DNA from: Firmicutes bacterium UBA5449
GTDB taxonomy: Bacteria; Bacillota; SHA-98; UBA4971
Assembly (NCBI GenBank): GCA_002424305.1
Contig: DIQZ01000035.1
Coordinates: 162,335-226,334 of the forward strand
Length of the DNA stretch: 64,000 nt
Direction: 5' to 3'
The notes beneath the pieces are model-generated. The model did no database searches, was not told the DNA's origin, and saw only the letters and a list, made by a program, of their open reading frames with translations. Each line of letters starts with the position of its first letter. Position 1 is the stretch's first letter. Positions 39,075 through 49,358 of the stretch are shown here, one piece after another. Position numbers and translations under genes: made by a program.

Positions 39075-40169
39075 TCAACACTTCACATAGCCACCCCTAA
39101 CCCGCGTTATGATACCTTTTAGCTCGAGGGTGACAAGAGCACATGTGACTAGAGACGCCGGAAACCCTGTCGCGCTTACTATATCATCAGTCGACACAGG
39201 TGAGAAGCCTAGTGTCGCGAAGACCCTCTTCTCACGAGAGGAAAGAACCACTTGCCTGGAATTATCTTTCATATCGGGCTTGCCTGCGATTGTTACCCCA
39301 AGTTCTTCAAGGATGTCATCAATTCCTTCTATGAGCGTCGCTCCTTGCTTGATAAGATTATGTGTTCCTTGCGAAAGTGGGCTTCGAATTTCACCTGGAA
39401 CGGCAAAAACTTCTCTCCCTTGCTCCAAGGCAAAATCGGCAGTAATCAGTGCACCACTGGTCTTTCCTGCTTCTACCACAACAACACCAAGAGCAAGCCC
39501 GCTTATGATTCTATTTCGCCTGGGAAAGTTTTGTGGGAAAGGACACGTACCAAAAGGGAATTCACTTATTACTGCCCCGTTTTTCGCTATTCTTTTAGCA
39601 AGCATCATGTTCTCCGGAGGATACGTTACATCCAGACCGCTGCCTAAGACAGCAATGGTCTGTCCCCCTCCGGCGAGAGCCCCTTTGTGTGCAACAGAAT
39701 CGACGCCTCTTGCCATACCTGACACTACAGTGAACCCAGCTTCCACTGCATTCTTCGACAAAAACCTGGTTACGCGGGTTCCGTAGTAGCTAGGCTTCCT
39801 GGAACCCACAATTGCTATGGAAAATGCGTCGGATGGCAGAACTTCTCCCGAAATGTAGAGCGCAGGAGGAGGGTACGGTATATTCAGTAATGCAGTAGGA
39901 TAAGAAGCATCATTTACAGTAACTATGTTAATCCCCGATTCCTCAGCCTGTCGCACCTCTCGCCTGAGCGTTTCGCCGTCTTGAAGGGTTATGATACGCC
40001 TTGCCGTCTTCTTACCTATCCCTTTGACTTGGAGTAGTTCCCGCTCTTTTGCGCACATTACAGCTTGGGCTGAACCGAATCTCTTCATAAGATCGGAAAA
40101 CCTAAGACCTCCGATAGTGCTTACTGTATTAAGAGCAATAATGCATTCGCGCTCACCCATACAACACAC
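39075..40169 (-). CDS. dprA: DNA processing protein DprA (Smf)
   Basis: 364 aa; Rossmann-like DprA domain (VVSGMARGVDSVAHKGAL), C-terminal wHTH. Confidence 0.85.
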   Translation of the reverse strand: MCCMGERECIIALNTVSTIGGLRFSDLMKRFGSAQAVMCAKERELLQVKGIGKKTARRIITLQDGETLRREVRQAEESGINIVTVNDASYPTALLNIPYPPPALYISGEVLPSDAFSIAIVGSRKPSYYGTRVTRFLSKNAVEAGFTVVSGMARGVDSVAHKGALAGGGQTIAVLGSGLDVTYPPENMMLAKRIAKNGAVISEFPFGTCPFPQNFPRRNRIISGLALGVVVVEAGKTSGALITADFALEQGREVFAVPGEIRSPLSQGTHNLIKQGATLIEGIDDILEELGVTIAGKPDMKDNSRQVVLSSREKRVFATLGFSPVSTDDIVSATGFPASLVTCALVTLELKGIITRVRGGYVKC

Positions 40170-40199
40170 CCCGGCACATCACCATGTACAGCTGGGACT

Positions 40200-41729
40200 C
40201 TAGACATTGAAAACAGGCATTCTATAGCCGACAGCCTCTGCTACATGAGACGTATGAATTCCCTTGCTTCCTTCGAGATCAGCAATGGTTCTTGCGACTT
40301 TTAAAGCTCTCATATACGAGCGAACTGACAACCCCAGCTTGCGGCTGGCGGAATACAAGAAAGTCCTGGTATCTTTCGCCAGTCCACAATGAACTTCAAT
40401 TTCACCCGGCCCCATCTCTGCATTACAGTGAATCTTTGTGCCACAGAACCGCATAACCTGTATTTCCCTTGCCTTCATGACTCTCTCACATATGTCCTTC
40501 GATGTCTCTCTGTGTTCAGTTGAATGAAGTTCATCAACATTGACCTGATCCAATTCAACATGAAGGTCTATCCTGTCAAGAAGCGGCCCGGAGAGCCTGC
40601 TAAGATAGCGCCTGACCACCCCGGGGGAGCATGTACAGGAGGTCATCCCTTCCGGAGTAGCCTTCTTAAAGCACAAGCAAGGATTCATAGCACCAAGAAA
40701 CACAAACCCGGCTGGGAAAACCGCTGTACCTCCCACCCTTGCCACAGTCACGAATCCATCTTCCATGGGCTGCCTGAGCGCCTCTAACACGTGGCTGCTG
40801 AATTCGGGAAGCTCATCAAGGAAAAGGACTCCGCGGTGGGCAAGGGAAATCTCTCCCGGCTTCGGAAGACGACCACCGCCAATGAGGCCTGCAGGAGAAA
40901 TAGTATGGTGGGGACTGCGAAAAGGTCTCTTTGAAATAATGCTGTTGCCTTTAGGTAGTAGCCCTGCAGCACTGTACACCTTAGTTACTTCAAGCGCCTC
41001 ATCCCACGACAAAGGAGGGAGAATTGTGTGAAACCTTCGAGCCAGCATAGTCTTGCCTGAGCCCGGAGGGCCTACCATCAAGACGTTATGACTCCCTGCT
41101 GCAGCTATCTCCAACACACGTTTCGCGTGATCCTGCCCTGCCACATCTGCAAAATCCACATCTTCCGGGCAGACAGGTGACAGCTTCATCCTTGTCTTCT
41201 TTGCCTTCCTGATGCGTCTCTCCCCATTTAGATGTCTGACAGCTTCACTGAGAGTGTCAACGCCGTATATGTCAAGCCCGTCAACTAACGCAACCTCGGC
41301 TACATCGGCTTGGGCCACGATCATCTCTTTAAGTCCTTCGGCTTTCGCGGCAAGAGCAATTGACAGCCCGCCGGGTGTTGCTCTGACATTCCCGTCCAGA
41401 GAAAGTTCTCCTATGAATACGCAGTCCGAAGCCTTCCAATTATCGATTTCTCCGGTGGCAGATAGGATTCCAATGGCTATAGGCAGATCAAAGCCTGCAC
41501 CTTCTTTGCGAATCATGGCAGGTGCTAAGTTCACGGTGATCCTTCTCAACGGAAAGTCATAGCCGGAATTCTTGAGAGCAGCGCGAACCCTTTCCCTGGC
41601 CTCGCGAATGGCAGCGTCAGGGAGTCCTACTATGTCAAAGGAAGGCAGCCCGGGGGATACATCAACTTCTACGTAGACCAAGTACCCATCTATACCAAGT
41701 ATCGCCCCACCCGGAACTTTTGCCAGCAC
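40200..41729 (-). CDS. comM: Mg-chelatase-like AAA+ protein YifB/ComM
   Basis: 509 aa; Lon-like N-domain, Walker A GPPGSGKT, ChlI-like, C-terminal Mg-chelatase domain. Confidence 0.85.
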   Translation of the reverse strand: MLAKVPGGAILGIDGYLVYVEVDVSPGLPSFDIVGLPDAAIREARERVRAALKNSGYDFPLRRITVNLAPAMIRKEGAGFDLPIAIGILSATGEIDNWKASDCVFIGELSLDGNVRATPGGLSIALAAKAEGLKEMIVAQADVAEVALVDGLDIYGVDTLSEAVRHLNGERRIRKAKKTRMKLSPVCPEDVDFADVAGQDHAKRVLEIAAAGSHNVLMVGPPGSGKTMLARRFHTILPPLSWDEALEVTKVYSAAGLLPKGNSIISKRPFRSPHHTISPAGLIGGGRLPKPGEISLAHRGVLFLDELPEFSSHVLEALRQPMEDGFVTVARVGGTAVFPAGFVFLGAMNPCLCFKKATPEGMTSCTCSPGVVRRYLSRLSGPLLDRIDLHVELDQVNVDELHSTEHRETSKDICERVMKAREIQVMRFCGTKIHCNAEMGPGEIEVHCGLAKDTRTFLYSASRKLGLSVRSYMRALKVARTIADLEGSKGIHTSHVAEAVGYRMPVFNV

Positions 41730-41734
41730 TCAGC

Positions 41735-42106
41735 TCACCTCCACCGGTCAAATGCGCCTCTTATCAGCTCCACCCTTTTCACTCCGCCCGGCAGCATGTC
41801 AATGGCCAACACATCAAACCTGACTTCACTTGCATAATCCCCTGTGCTTGCTAGGTATGCGCAGGCTACCTTCATTATCTTCCTTTGCTTTGCCTTGTTA
41901 ACCTGTTCTATGGCTCTCCCAAAGGATTGGTTTCTCCTGGCCTTAACCTCAACGAATACGATAGTATCACCGTCTTTGGCAATAAGGTCGATCTCTCCGA
42001 ATCTGGAACGAAAATTCTTACAGACAATGGAAAATCCCAGCGCCTTCAGGTGTCTTGCAGCAATATCCTCCCCCAGGAGGCCTATCTCCCTGCTTGATTG
42101 AAGCAC
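41735..42106 (-). CDS. yraN: YraN-family (UPF0102) endonuclease
   Basis: Track ORF 41735..42319 is over-extended through an Arg/Trp-rich non-coding stretch; probable GTG start about 42105 after AAAGGGG RBS giving about 123 aa (VLQSSREIGLLGEDIAARHLKALGF...IDLIAKDGDTIVFVEVKAR). Confidence 0.7.
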   Translation of the reverse strand: MLQSSREIGLLGEDIAARHLKALGFSIVCKNFRSRFGEIDLIAKDGDTIVFVEVKARRNQSFGRAIEQVNKAKQRKIMKVACAYLASTGDYASEVRFDVLAIDMLPGGVKRVELIRGAFDRWR

Positions 42107-42177
42107 TTTGCACACCCCTTTTGCAGATGTCGCTGACTGTGGCACTACATACCATCGCCCATTTCCCCGGCGGTGAT

Positions 42178-42297
42178 AAGGTGGCCGGCGCTTGTGTGAG
42201 TGGGCACCCCCGAATTTGGCAAGCATATGGATAGGCCAAATTCGAACGAGGCGTGCCGCAAGCGCGCCGTCCCGTGAACGCAACGCCGGCCACCTCA
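42178..42297. repeat. Long-range inverted repeat AAGGTGGCCGGCG ... CGCCGGCCACCT enclosing a perfect 10-bp hairpin (CGAATTTGGC-N14-GCCAAATTCG) and a GC-rich imperfect hairpin
   Basis: Read directly in rnhB-yraN intergenic region; no ORF of coding quality. Confidence 0.5.
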
Positions 42298-42436
42298 ACA
42301 AAGGCCACTCCTGATACAACTCGTGTACAAAAAAATAGTGAAGATTCGCGGCAACCTACTTAACTCGCTACTTCTTCAGGGCGCCTTGATTTTCCTTCCA
42401 TATATTGGGTTAATGCGTCTGGGTGAGGCCCTTATC

Positions 42437-43102
42437 TCACAAATCGAGATCAAGGGTAAGATTGGAATGTTTTAACAGCAGTTTCCTTGTAAAGGATTTT
42501 CTGTGGATTGGACAAGGCCCATGCGCAAGAAGAGCGTCTATGTGCTCACTCGTACAATACCCTTTGTTCCCGGCTATGCCGTAGTCAGGATATTCTTCGT
42601 GCCACAGGTCACACATTCTGTCCCTTGTCACTTTAGCAATGATGGAAGCAGCGGAGATACTGTGGGATAAAGCATCCCCGTGGAAAAGTCGTGTCTGCGG
42701 AATAGCAATAGGAATCGCCTCTGCGTCAACCAGAAGATGGTCAACTTTGACACCTAAATCTTCCACAGCACGTCTCATGGCAAGTCTTGTTGCCTGTTTT
42801 ATGTTGATCTCATCTATCGTCTTCTCGTCCGCGATTCCGATACCGCATGCCAATGCAGTATCTATGATAACGTCATACAGGGCTTCCCGTTTATTCGCAG
42901 ACAAGGTTTTTGAGTCACGAACCCCGTCGATAAATGTCCCTTGCGGCAGGATTACGGCAGCAGCTACCACAGAACCTAACAGAGAACCCCGGCCTGCTTC
43001 GTCTACCCCTGCTACATTCGCAAGGCCTTCCTGCCACAGTCTCATCTCATAATCCAGCTCATGTCGGCCGGAAACAGCCCGGCCGTAAGTACAGTCATTC
43101 AT
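42437..43102 (-). CDS. rnhB: Ribonuclease HII
   Basis: 221 aa (true start may be internal Met at MRLWQEGLANVAGVDEAGRG); DEAGRG active-site motif. Confidence 0.85.
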   Translation of the reverse strand: MNDCTYGRAVSGRHELDYEMRLWQEGLANVAGVDEAGRGSLLGSVVAAAVILPQGTFIDGVRDSKTLSANKREALYDVIIDTALACGIGIADEKTIDEINIKQATRLAMRRAVEDLGVKVDHLLVDAEAIPIAIPQTRLFHGDALSHSISAASIIAKVTRDRMCDLWHEEYPDYGIAGNKGYCTSEHIDALLAHGPCPIHRKSFTRKLLLKHSNLTLDLDL

Positions 43103-43974
43103 TGGGATTCCGCCCCTGATTCACTAACTGCCGGAGAATCTAAAGTCAGTCTTCCAAGGAGTCCCTTCTTGAACTCTGATAATACTATTACCGCTGCCCT
43201 AGAAACATCTATGACTCCACCTGAACCCAAACAGCCACGCTTCTCCCCTATCAATCGTAAGATTGCATGTCCGCTTTGATCGTGTATGTCTCCGATTTTA
43301 TATCGGGCGATAAGGGTATTGTACGCCTTGTCTTGAATTACTTCAAGAAGGCCTTCGGCTACAGCGACCTCATCAAAACTATCCTCTGTAAGGGCACCGG
43401 TGGCAGCAAGCTTAAAGATGTCCTCCGGATCATCCATGCGAGGTGACAGCACACCCGGCATATCCAATAGCTCAATAGCTCTGCCAACTCTTATCCACTG
43501 TTTGCCTGTGGTAATCCCCGGCTTCGCGCCGGTTTTTGCAGATTTCCTCCCGGCTATCCGATTTATCAATGATGATTTCCCTACGTTAGGAATACCAACC
43601 ACCATGACTCTGAAAGGCCGTGGTCTCCGCTGGCGACCTGCAAGCTTCAACATGGTCTCTGAAGCCAGGCTCGAGATACCATGAACCACGTCATCCACGC
43701 CTTCGCCTGTTTCCGCATCTATAGCATAACACTTAAGCCCGTCAGCTCTTAAAATTCTGAGCCACGTCTCTGTCTCTTTAGGATCAGCGAGATCATGCTT
43801 TGCCAGCACCACGACGCGTGATCTATTCTTAATGATACCTTTGATATCAGGATTTCTGCTCGTTCGAGGAATCCTGGCATCAAGCACCTCAATAATCAAG
43901 TCGATCCCGGAGAGGTGCAGTTTCATCGTTTGCTTCGCCCGTGCCATATGGCCGGGAAACCACGGAAACTTCAT
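43099..43974 (-). CDS. rbgA: Ribosome biogenesis GTPase A (YlqF)
   Basis: 291 aa; circularly permuted GTPase motifs (NKxD ... GIPNVGKSSLIN). Confidence 0.85.
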   Translation of the reverse strand: MKFPWFPGHMARAKQTMKLHLSGIDLIIEVLDARIPRTSRNPDIKGIIKNRSRVVVLAKHDLADPKETETWLRILRADGLKCYAIDAETGEGVDDVVHGISSLASETMLKLAGRQRRPRPFRVMVVGIPNVGKSSLINRIAGRKSAKTGAKPGITTGKQWIRVGRAIELLDMPGVLSPRMDDPEDIFKLAATGALTEDSFDEVAVAEGLLEVIQDKAYNTLIARYKIGDIHDQSGHAILRLIGEKRGCLGSGGVIDVSRAAVIVLSEFKKGLLGRLTLDSPAVSESGAESQ

Positions 43975-44624
43975 GGCATCATCATGCGTGCCTCAGGATT
44001 TTTCACAAGACCCATTCTACCCACAGGCCACCAGATGAGACTCGCCTTTCCCACAACATTGGCCATAGGGACAAAACCTACGTCAGGGTATCTGGAATCG
44101 TCACTGTTATTCCTGTTATCTCCTAACACAAAGTAGTGGCCGTTTGGTACCACTTTGGGCCCGAAATAGCCGTAAGTGAGATCCAGAGTATAGTTTTCAT
44201 CAAGGGGCATTCCGTTAACAATGACGTATCCGTCGCGAACTTCCACTTCGTCACCGGGCACACCGATAACCCTCTTGATGAATCTCCGTTTTGGGTTAGC
44301 AGGATACCTGAAGACCACAATGTCCCCGTACGCGGGCTTTCTAAATCTGTACACAAGTTTATTGACAAGAAGTCTCTCGCGATTGTGAAGGCTCGGCTCC
44401 ATACTGCTCCCCTCTACCACAAAGGACTGAGCAATGAAGGTAATAATGAAAGCAGCAAGCACAATAGCAACAGCAAAAGCTTGAACATACTCAATAATCT
44501 CTGCCTTTACCTCAGGGGACAGAATCTCTCTTGAAGCAGCTTCCGCCACGACTTCCTGTTCATCTTTGGTTTTCCAATCCTCACACGTCCGGTCAGGCTC
44601 TTCTGGCACCAATTCCGATGTCAC
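43971..44624 (-). CDS. lepB: Signal peptidase I with about 45-aa acidic N-terminal extension
   Basis: 217 aa; SSMEPSL Ser box, [12 protein letters not shown] Lys/box-D region. Confidence 0.85.
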   Translation of the reverse strand: MTSELVPEEPDRTCEDWKTKDEQEVVAEAASREILSPEVKAEIIEYVQAFAVAIVLAAFIITFIAQSFVVEGSSMEPSLHNRERLLVNKLVYRFRKPAYGDIVVFRYPANPKRRFIKRVIGVPGDEVEVRDGYVIVNGMPLDENYTLDLTYGYFGPKVVPNGHYFVLGDNRNNSDDSRYPDVGFVPMANVVGKASLIWWPVGRMGLVKNPEARMMMP

Positions 44625-44968
44625 CTTCTCCTCGCTTCTTTTACCCTAGCCCGCTTACCTGTACGCTTTCTCAAGTAGTAGAGCTTTGCTCTCCTTACTT
44701 TGCCTTCACGCGTCCTTTCAATCCTCGCTATCCTAGGGGAGTGTAGCGGGAAAGTCCTCTCCACACCTATGCCTGCTGAGATCTTCCTGACAGTAAAGGT
44801 CTCACGGGTGCCACTGCCTCTACGGGATAGCACAGTCCCTTCGAAAACCTGAACCCTTTCTCTTCCGCCTTCAACTACTTTTACGTACACCCTGACAGAA
44901 TCCCCGGGTCCGAAATCAGGGATGTCATCACGTAACTGTTCCTGTTCAATAATGTTAATCATGTTCAT
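44621..44968 (-). CDS. rplS: 50S ribosomal protein L19
   Basis: 115 aa; high identity pattern to L19 (FxVGDxVxVxxKVxEGxKERxQxFEGxV). Confidence 0.9.
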   Translation of the reverse strand: MNMINIIEQEQLRDDIPDFGPGDSVRVYVKVVEGGRERVQVFEGTVLSRRGSGTRETFTVRKISAGIGVERTFPLHSPRIARIERTREGKVRRAKLYYLRKRTGKRARVKEARRR

Positions 44969-45731
44969 TTTTGGGATCCTCCCTCGTTAAGTCAGCCAAC
45001 TGCTCTCTCTTAATGCCATCAAGCAGCTTAAGGTCTTCACCACTCAAAGAAGCTTGCTTGAGCAAGTCAGGTCGTCTTTCCAGTGTTCTGGCCAGTGCTT
45101 GTTTCCTTCTCCAGAGCCTGACTTTTTCGTGGTCCCCGGAAACCAGGACGCCAGGCACAGTCATCCCTCTAAACTCCCGGGGCCGCGTATACTGCGGATA
45201 ATCCAAGATGTCACCGAAAAAAGACTCGCCGGCAAGCGTATCCTCACCCAGGACTCCCGGCACAAATCGTGTCACTGCGTCTACCAAAACCATGGCAGGC
45301 AGCTCTCCGCCTGTCAGTACATAGTCTCCAATAGAAACTTCGTCAGTCACTAGGGCATGTCTTAAGCGTTCATCTACGCCTTCATAGCGCCCACAGATTA
45401 TTATCAACTGCCGTTCTTTGGCAAAGCGCCTAACCATGTCCTGACTCAGAGTCTTCCCCTGAGGCGTCATTAAGATAATCCTGGCAGGTCTTCCTCCTGC
45501 TTCATCCAGAATATGCTCGGTTGCAGCAAATATCGGCTCAGGTTTCATAATCATACCGACTCCACCGCCGAAAGGGTAATCGTCAGTTACCTTATGTTTG
45601 TCTACGGTAAAGTCTCTTATGTTGTGGATATTTATCTCCACAAGCCTTCTCTCACGAGCCTTTCCCACAATACTCCCGGAAAGTGGCATCTCAAACATCT
45701 CAGGAAAAATCGTGAGTATGTCAATTCTCAA
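44955..45731 (-). CDS. trmD: tRNA (guanine37-N1)-methyltransferase
   Basis: 258 aa; SPOUT fold, [14 protein letters not shown]-terminus. Confidence 0.9.
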   Translation of the reverse strand: MRIDILTIFPEMFEMPLSGSIVGKARERRLVEINIHNIRDFTVDKHKVTDDYPFGGGVGMIMKPEPIFAATEHILDEAGGRPARIILMTPQGKTLSQDMVRRFAKERQLIIICGRYEGVDERLRHALVTDEVSIGDYVLTGGELPAMVLVDAVTRFVPGVLGEDTLAGESFFGDILDYPQYTRPREFRGMTVPGVLVSGDHEKVRLWRRKQALARTLERRPDLLKQASLSGEDLKLLDGIKREQLADLTREDPKNEHD

Positions 45732-45740
45732 ATCTCACAC

Positions 45741-46289
45741 CTACTCGAGACCGGGGATAAGGTCTACAATCATCGTACCGAGCTCGAGGTCAATATCTTT
45801 GACTATCTCTCTCACCGCAGGTATTAATATCTTCTCTTGTCGGCCGAATTCACCTTGATCGCGGGCAACTTCATAGACATCGTTTGCTAATCCACTGATG
45901 ACCCCAACTACCTTGCCCAAATGCCTTCCTTCGGTTGTCACAACTTTTAAGCCTTCAATCTCAAAGGCATAGTAATGACCTTGAGGCAATGTAACAAGTT
46001 CTGTTCCGGGAACCTCGAGTATGGCATCACGAAGAGCTTCAGCGTCATCTATGCAGTCGACACCGGCAAATTTCAGAACGATGAATCTCTTGTGTCGCCT
46101 TACACCTTCAACATCCAGAAACCTGATAGCATCTGCCTTAGTTGCCCGTAATCTTACGCCTGGTGAGAATTGCTCAGGAAAATCGGTAAAAGGTAAGACT
46201 CTTACCTCACCGAGATTGCCCTGGAAGGTGGTAACCTTCCCTACAGCAATGAAGTTTCCCTGCTTTTCCTTCTCCCGGAATTGTTTCAT
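45741..46289 (-). CDS. rimM: Ribosome maturation factor RimM
   Basis: 182 aa; RimM N-domain + PRC barrel. Confidence 0.85.
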   Translation of the reverse strand: MKQFREKEKQGNFIAVGKVTTFQGNLGEVRVLPFTDFPEQFSPGVRLRATKADAIRFLDVEGVRRHKRFIVLKFAGVDCIDDAEALRDAILEVPGTELVTLPQGHYYAFEIEGLKVVTTEGRHLGKVVGVISGLANDVYEVARDQGEFGRQEKILIPAVREIVKDIDLELGTMIVDLIPGLE

Positions 46290-46519
46290 TAGACAATCTC
46301 CACTGTGGCTCTCTCTCCATGTCTCGCACTACAAGCATGAACCAGGGTCCTGATGGCCTTTGCGGTTCTACCTGATTTCCCAATAAGCTTACCTTTGTCA
46401 TCGGGATTACAGGAAACCTCGTACACAGTAACCCCCTCTTCATCAGTGGCATCGGTAACAGAAATCTCATCAGGATTGTCTACAAGATTCTTTGCAATAT
46501 GTTCAACCAGTTCTTTCAT
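46289..46519 (-). CDS. KH-domain RNA-binding protein (YlqC-like)
   Basis: 76 aa; [17 protein letters not shown] motif; conserved rpsP-ylqC-rimM-trmD-rplS operon. Confidence 0.75.
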   Translation of the reverse strand: MKELVEHIAKNLVDNPDEISVTDATDEEGVTVYEVSCNPDDKGKLIGKSGRTAKAIRTLVHACSARHGERATVEIV

Positions 46520-46806
46520 TCAGAGTCAACTCCCCCGGAAGTATCAGTTGATGGTTCAATTACACCTGCTCTAACAAGCACTGATTTTGCTGATTCTGTG
46601 GGAAGTGCACCCTTCTTCAACCACTCTCGGGCTTTCTCATGGTTGACGTTAATAGTCACCGGTTCTGTCCTGGGATTGTAGTTTCCAAGAATCTCAATAA
46701 ACCGCCCGTTTCTGGGAAAGCGAGAATCAGCCACGACAACCCTATACGAAGGCTGTCCCTTCGCTCCCGTTCTTGCAAGTCTTATTCTAGGCGCCAATGT
46801 TGTCAC
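46516..46806 (-). CDS. rpsP: 30S ribosomal protein S16
   Basis: 96 aa; [32 protein letters not shown]. Confidence 0.85.
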   Translation of the reverse strand: MTTLAPRIRLARTGAKGQPSYRVVVADSRFPRNGRFIEILGNYNPRTEPVTINVNHEKAREWLKKGALPTESAKSVLVRAGVIEPSTDTSGGVDSE

Positions 46807-46853
46807 CTCCTATTTACTGCCTTTATTTCTATTAATATCAGCTCAGCGGTATG

Positions 46854-48200
46854 TTATTGCATAAAAGGAATTATCCCTTTTCGCATTGCGCGACGTTGCG
46901 CTTTGCCTGAGCCTCCGAATTGCTTTAACATTCCTTTAACTTGATCAAATTGGCGTAGCAGAACATTGACGTCTTGAACCCTCACTCCGCTACCCTTTGC
47001 AATTCTCCTCCGCCTGCTCCCACCAATAATTCCAGGGTTCTTTCGCTCCTCAGGTGTCATTGAATTTATGATCGCCCCCACTTGCCTGAGACGACCATCA
47101 TCCACCTTCATATCGCCTACACCTTTGATACGCGCCATGCCAGGAATCATTGAGAGGATTTCATCCAATGGGCCGATTTTCTGCATCTGCTCAAGTTGGT
47201 CTTGAAAATCCTCAAGAGTAAAATCAGCAGTCCTCAGTTTTTCAGCAAGTTCACCGGCCTTCGTCTGATCATAGCCGGCCTCAGCTTTTTCAATAAGACT
47301 GAGAATGTCCCCCATCCCCAGTATACGCGAGGCCATACGATCCGGATGAAAGGGTTCCAAGGCATCTACTTTTTCGCCGACTCCAACAAACTTTATGGGT
47401 TTACCTGTAACGGCTCTCGTGGATAAAGCAGCGCCTCCCCTGGCATCTCCGTCTAGTTTAGTTAAGACAACCCCGGAGAGCTCCAATCGTTCATCAAATG
47501 ACGACGCTACATTCACAGCATCCTGACCGGTCATAGCGTCTACTACGAGAAGAACTTCCTGAGGCAAGATTTCCTTCTGCATACGACCAAGCTCAGCCAT
47601 AAGTTCATCATCAACATGAAGTCGACCTGCAGTATCCACAAGCACCATGTCACAACCTAAGAACTTCCCTCGCGCGACACCGGAAGATGCCACTTGTACT
47701 GCATCGTCACCTTCATGAGTCGCAAAGACTTCTATGCCGATCTTCTCACCTAGAACCTGAAGCTGTTTTATGGCTGCCGGCCTACGAGTATCAGCTGCAA
47801 CCAATAGAGGCTTCCTGCCCTGCCTTTTCATGAGATGCCCAAGTTTTGCAACAGTTGTTGTTTTCCCCGAGCCCTGAAGTCCCACAACCATAATAACAGT
47901 GGGAGGCTTGGGTGAATGTTGTATCTTGGCCTCACGCCCACCCATGAGCCGGGTAAGTTCAGCGCTCACTATCTTGATTACTTGTTGCCCCGGGGTAAGG
48001 CTGGAAGCTACCTCCTGACCTACAGCTCGCTCCCTGACGTTGGAGACAAAATCACGGACAACCTTAAAGTTTACGTCAGCTTCCAGTAAGGCTATACGAA
48101 TCTCCCGCAGGGCCTCGTCCACGTCCGCCTCGCTTAATTTCCCTTTCCCTCGCAGCTTGCGAAAGGTTTCTTGAAATCTTGCTGTCAGGTTTTCGAACAT
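46854..48200 (-). CDS. ffh: Signal recognition particle protein Ffh
   Basis: Track ORF starts 9 nt upstream at TTG; canonical start [10 protein letters not shown] (ATG about 48200) with AAAGGGGG RBS; NG domain [10 protein letters not shown] and Met-rich M domain. Confidence 0.9.
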   Translation of the reverse strand: MFENLTARFQETFRKLRGKGKLSEADVDEALREIRIALLEADVNFKVVRDFVSNVRERAVGQEVASSLTPGQQVIKIVSAELTRLMGGREAKIQHSPKPPTVIMVVGLQGSGKTTTVAKLGHLMKRQGRKPLLVAADTRRPAAIKQLQVLGEKIGIEVFATHEGDDAVQVASSGVARGKFLGCDMVLVDTAGRLHVDDELMAELGRMQKEILPQEVLLVVDAMTGQDAVNVASSFDERLELSGVVLTKLDGDARGGAALSTRAVTGKPIKFVGVGEKVDALEPFHPDRMASRILGMGDILSLIEKAEAGYDQTKAGELAEKLRTADFTLEDFQDQLEQMQKIGPLDEILSMIPGMARIKGVGDMKVDDGRLRQVGAIINSMTPEERKNPGIIGGSRRRRIAKGSGVRVQDVNVLLRQFDQVKGMLKQFGGSGKAQRRAMRKGIIPFMQ

Positions 48201-48230
48201 AAGGCCCAACCCCCTTTAACTCACGCAAGT

Positions 48231-48259
48231 AGTATACACTTAGCGACTAACAGCGTCAA
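48231..48259 (-). promoter_or_regulatory. Putative sigma-A promoter of ffh (TTGACG-17-TATACT on reverse strand)
   Basis: Read directly in the 142-bp ftsY-ffh gap, about 25 nt upstream of ffh start. Confidence 0.45.
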
Positions 48260-48351
48260 CCAAGTCTAACTATCTCAAGTGCAAGTATCTGAAATTAACG
48301 TCATTAATCAGCAACACTTTTCCCTATGGTGTTGGGATGCCAATTCACCAA

Positions 48352-49335
48352 CTATTCCAGATCTTGAAAAACAGCATCTGCAAACTCGTTCGGGTCAAAA
48401 TCTCGAAGATCTTCAATTCCTTCACCAATCCCGATAAGCTTTACAGGAATCCCCAGGCTGTCCCTTATTGCCAGAATAACGCCGCCCTTGGCAGTCCCAT
48501 CAAGCTTTGTCAGGGCTATGCCACTGACCTCCACCGCCTCTTTGAATGTGGTAGCCTGGATAAGTCCGTTTTGACCTGATGTAGCGTCAAGAGCAAGCAA
48601 GACCTCATGAGGGGCTCCGGGAATCTCTCGTTCAACAACCCGCTTGACCTTCTCGAGTTCCCTCATAAGGTTTACATGGGTGTGGAGTCTTCCTGCGGTG
48701 TCCAAGATCACATAGTCCGCTCCCCTGGCCTTTGCAGCTTGACAGGCATCATAGGCTACTGCAGCAGGGTCTGCGCCTTCTTCGTGGCGTATGACTCTCG
48801 CGCCCGCTCTGTTACCCCAAATCTCCAGTTGATCGATGGCTGCTGCCCTAAAAGTGTCAGTTGCTCCCAGGATAACCTGTGAACCACTTTTCCTGAACCT
48901 GTAACATAGCTTCCCCACAGTTGTAGTCTTTCCGGTCCCATTGACCCCTACAACCATGATCACAGTAGGGCTCTCCATTGCTTCTCCAAGAGGCTCAGGG
49001 GGCCCGAGGACAGTGACTATCTCATCCTTTAGAACCTTCAGGACATCGTCCCCGCTTACAGTCCTTCCTTGTCCGCCGTCTTTCAGATTGCGGGAGAGTC
49101 CGGAGAGTAGCCGTGTGGTAGTCTTAATTCCAACGTCAGCCTGCAGCAATATGGCTTCCAGCTCATCAAAAAACTCCGCGTCAAGAGTGGGACGTCTCCT
49201 GAGCAATGACTGTACCTGCCCTACTATGCTCGCACTGGTTCGTGCTAACCTTTGAGAAAGGCCTGCCAACAGCCCTTTAGGCTTGTCATGCAGATTGTGT
49301 TGCGCAAGTTTCTCTGATCTTTCCGATGCATTCAT
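48352..49335 (-). CDS. ftsY: Signal recognition particle receptor FtsY (NG-domain form)
   Basis: 327 aa; GVNGTGKTTT, DTAGR motifs. Confidence 0.9.
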   Translation of the reverse strand: MNASERSEKLAQHNLHDKPKGLLAGLSQRLARTSASIVGQVQSLLRRRPTLDAEFFDELEAILLQADVGIKTTTRLLSGLSRNLKDGGQGRTVSGDDVLKVLKDEIVTVLGPPEPLGEAMESPTVIMVVGVNGTGKTTTVGKLCYRFRKSGSQVILGATDTFRAAAIDQLEIWGNRAGARVIRHEEGADPAAVAYDACQAAKARGADYVILDTAGRLHTHVNLMRELEKVKRVVEREIPGAPHEVLLALDATSGQNGLIQATTFKEAVEVSGIALTKLDGTAKGGVILAIRDSLGIPVKLIGIGEGIEDLRDFDPNEFADAVFQDLE

Positions 49336-49358
49336 AAAAAACGTTCACACCTTTATCA

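Noticed and set aside
42018-42319. N-terminal 70-residue extension of the yraN ORF and the overlapping 96-aa ORF
   Set aside because: Arg/Trp/Pro/Gly-rich translations of a GC-rich inverted-repeat region. The YraN family is about 120 aa and a GTG + RBS start exists at about 42105.
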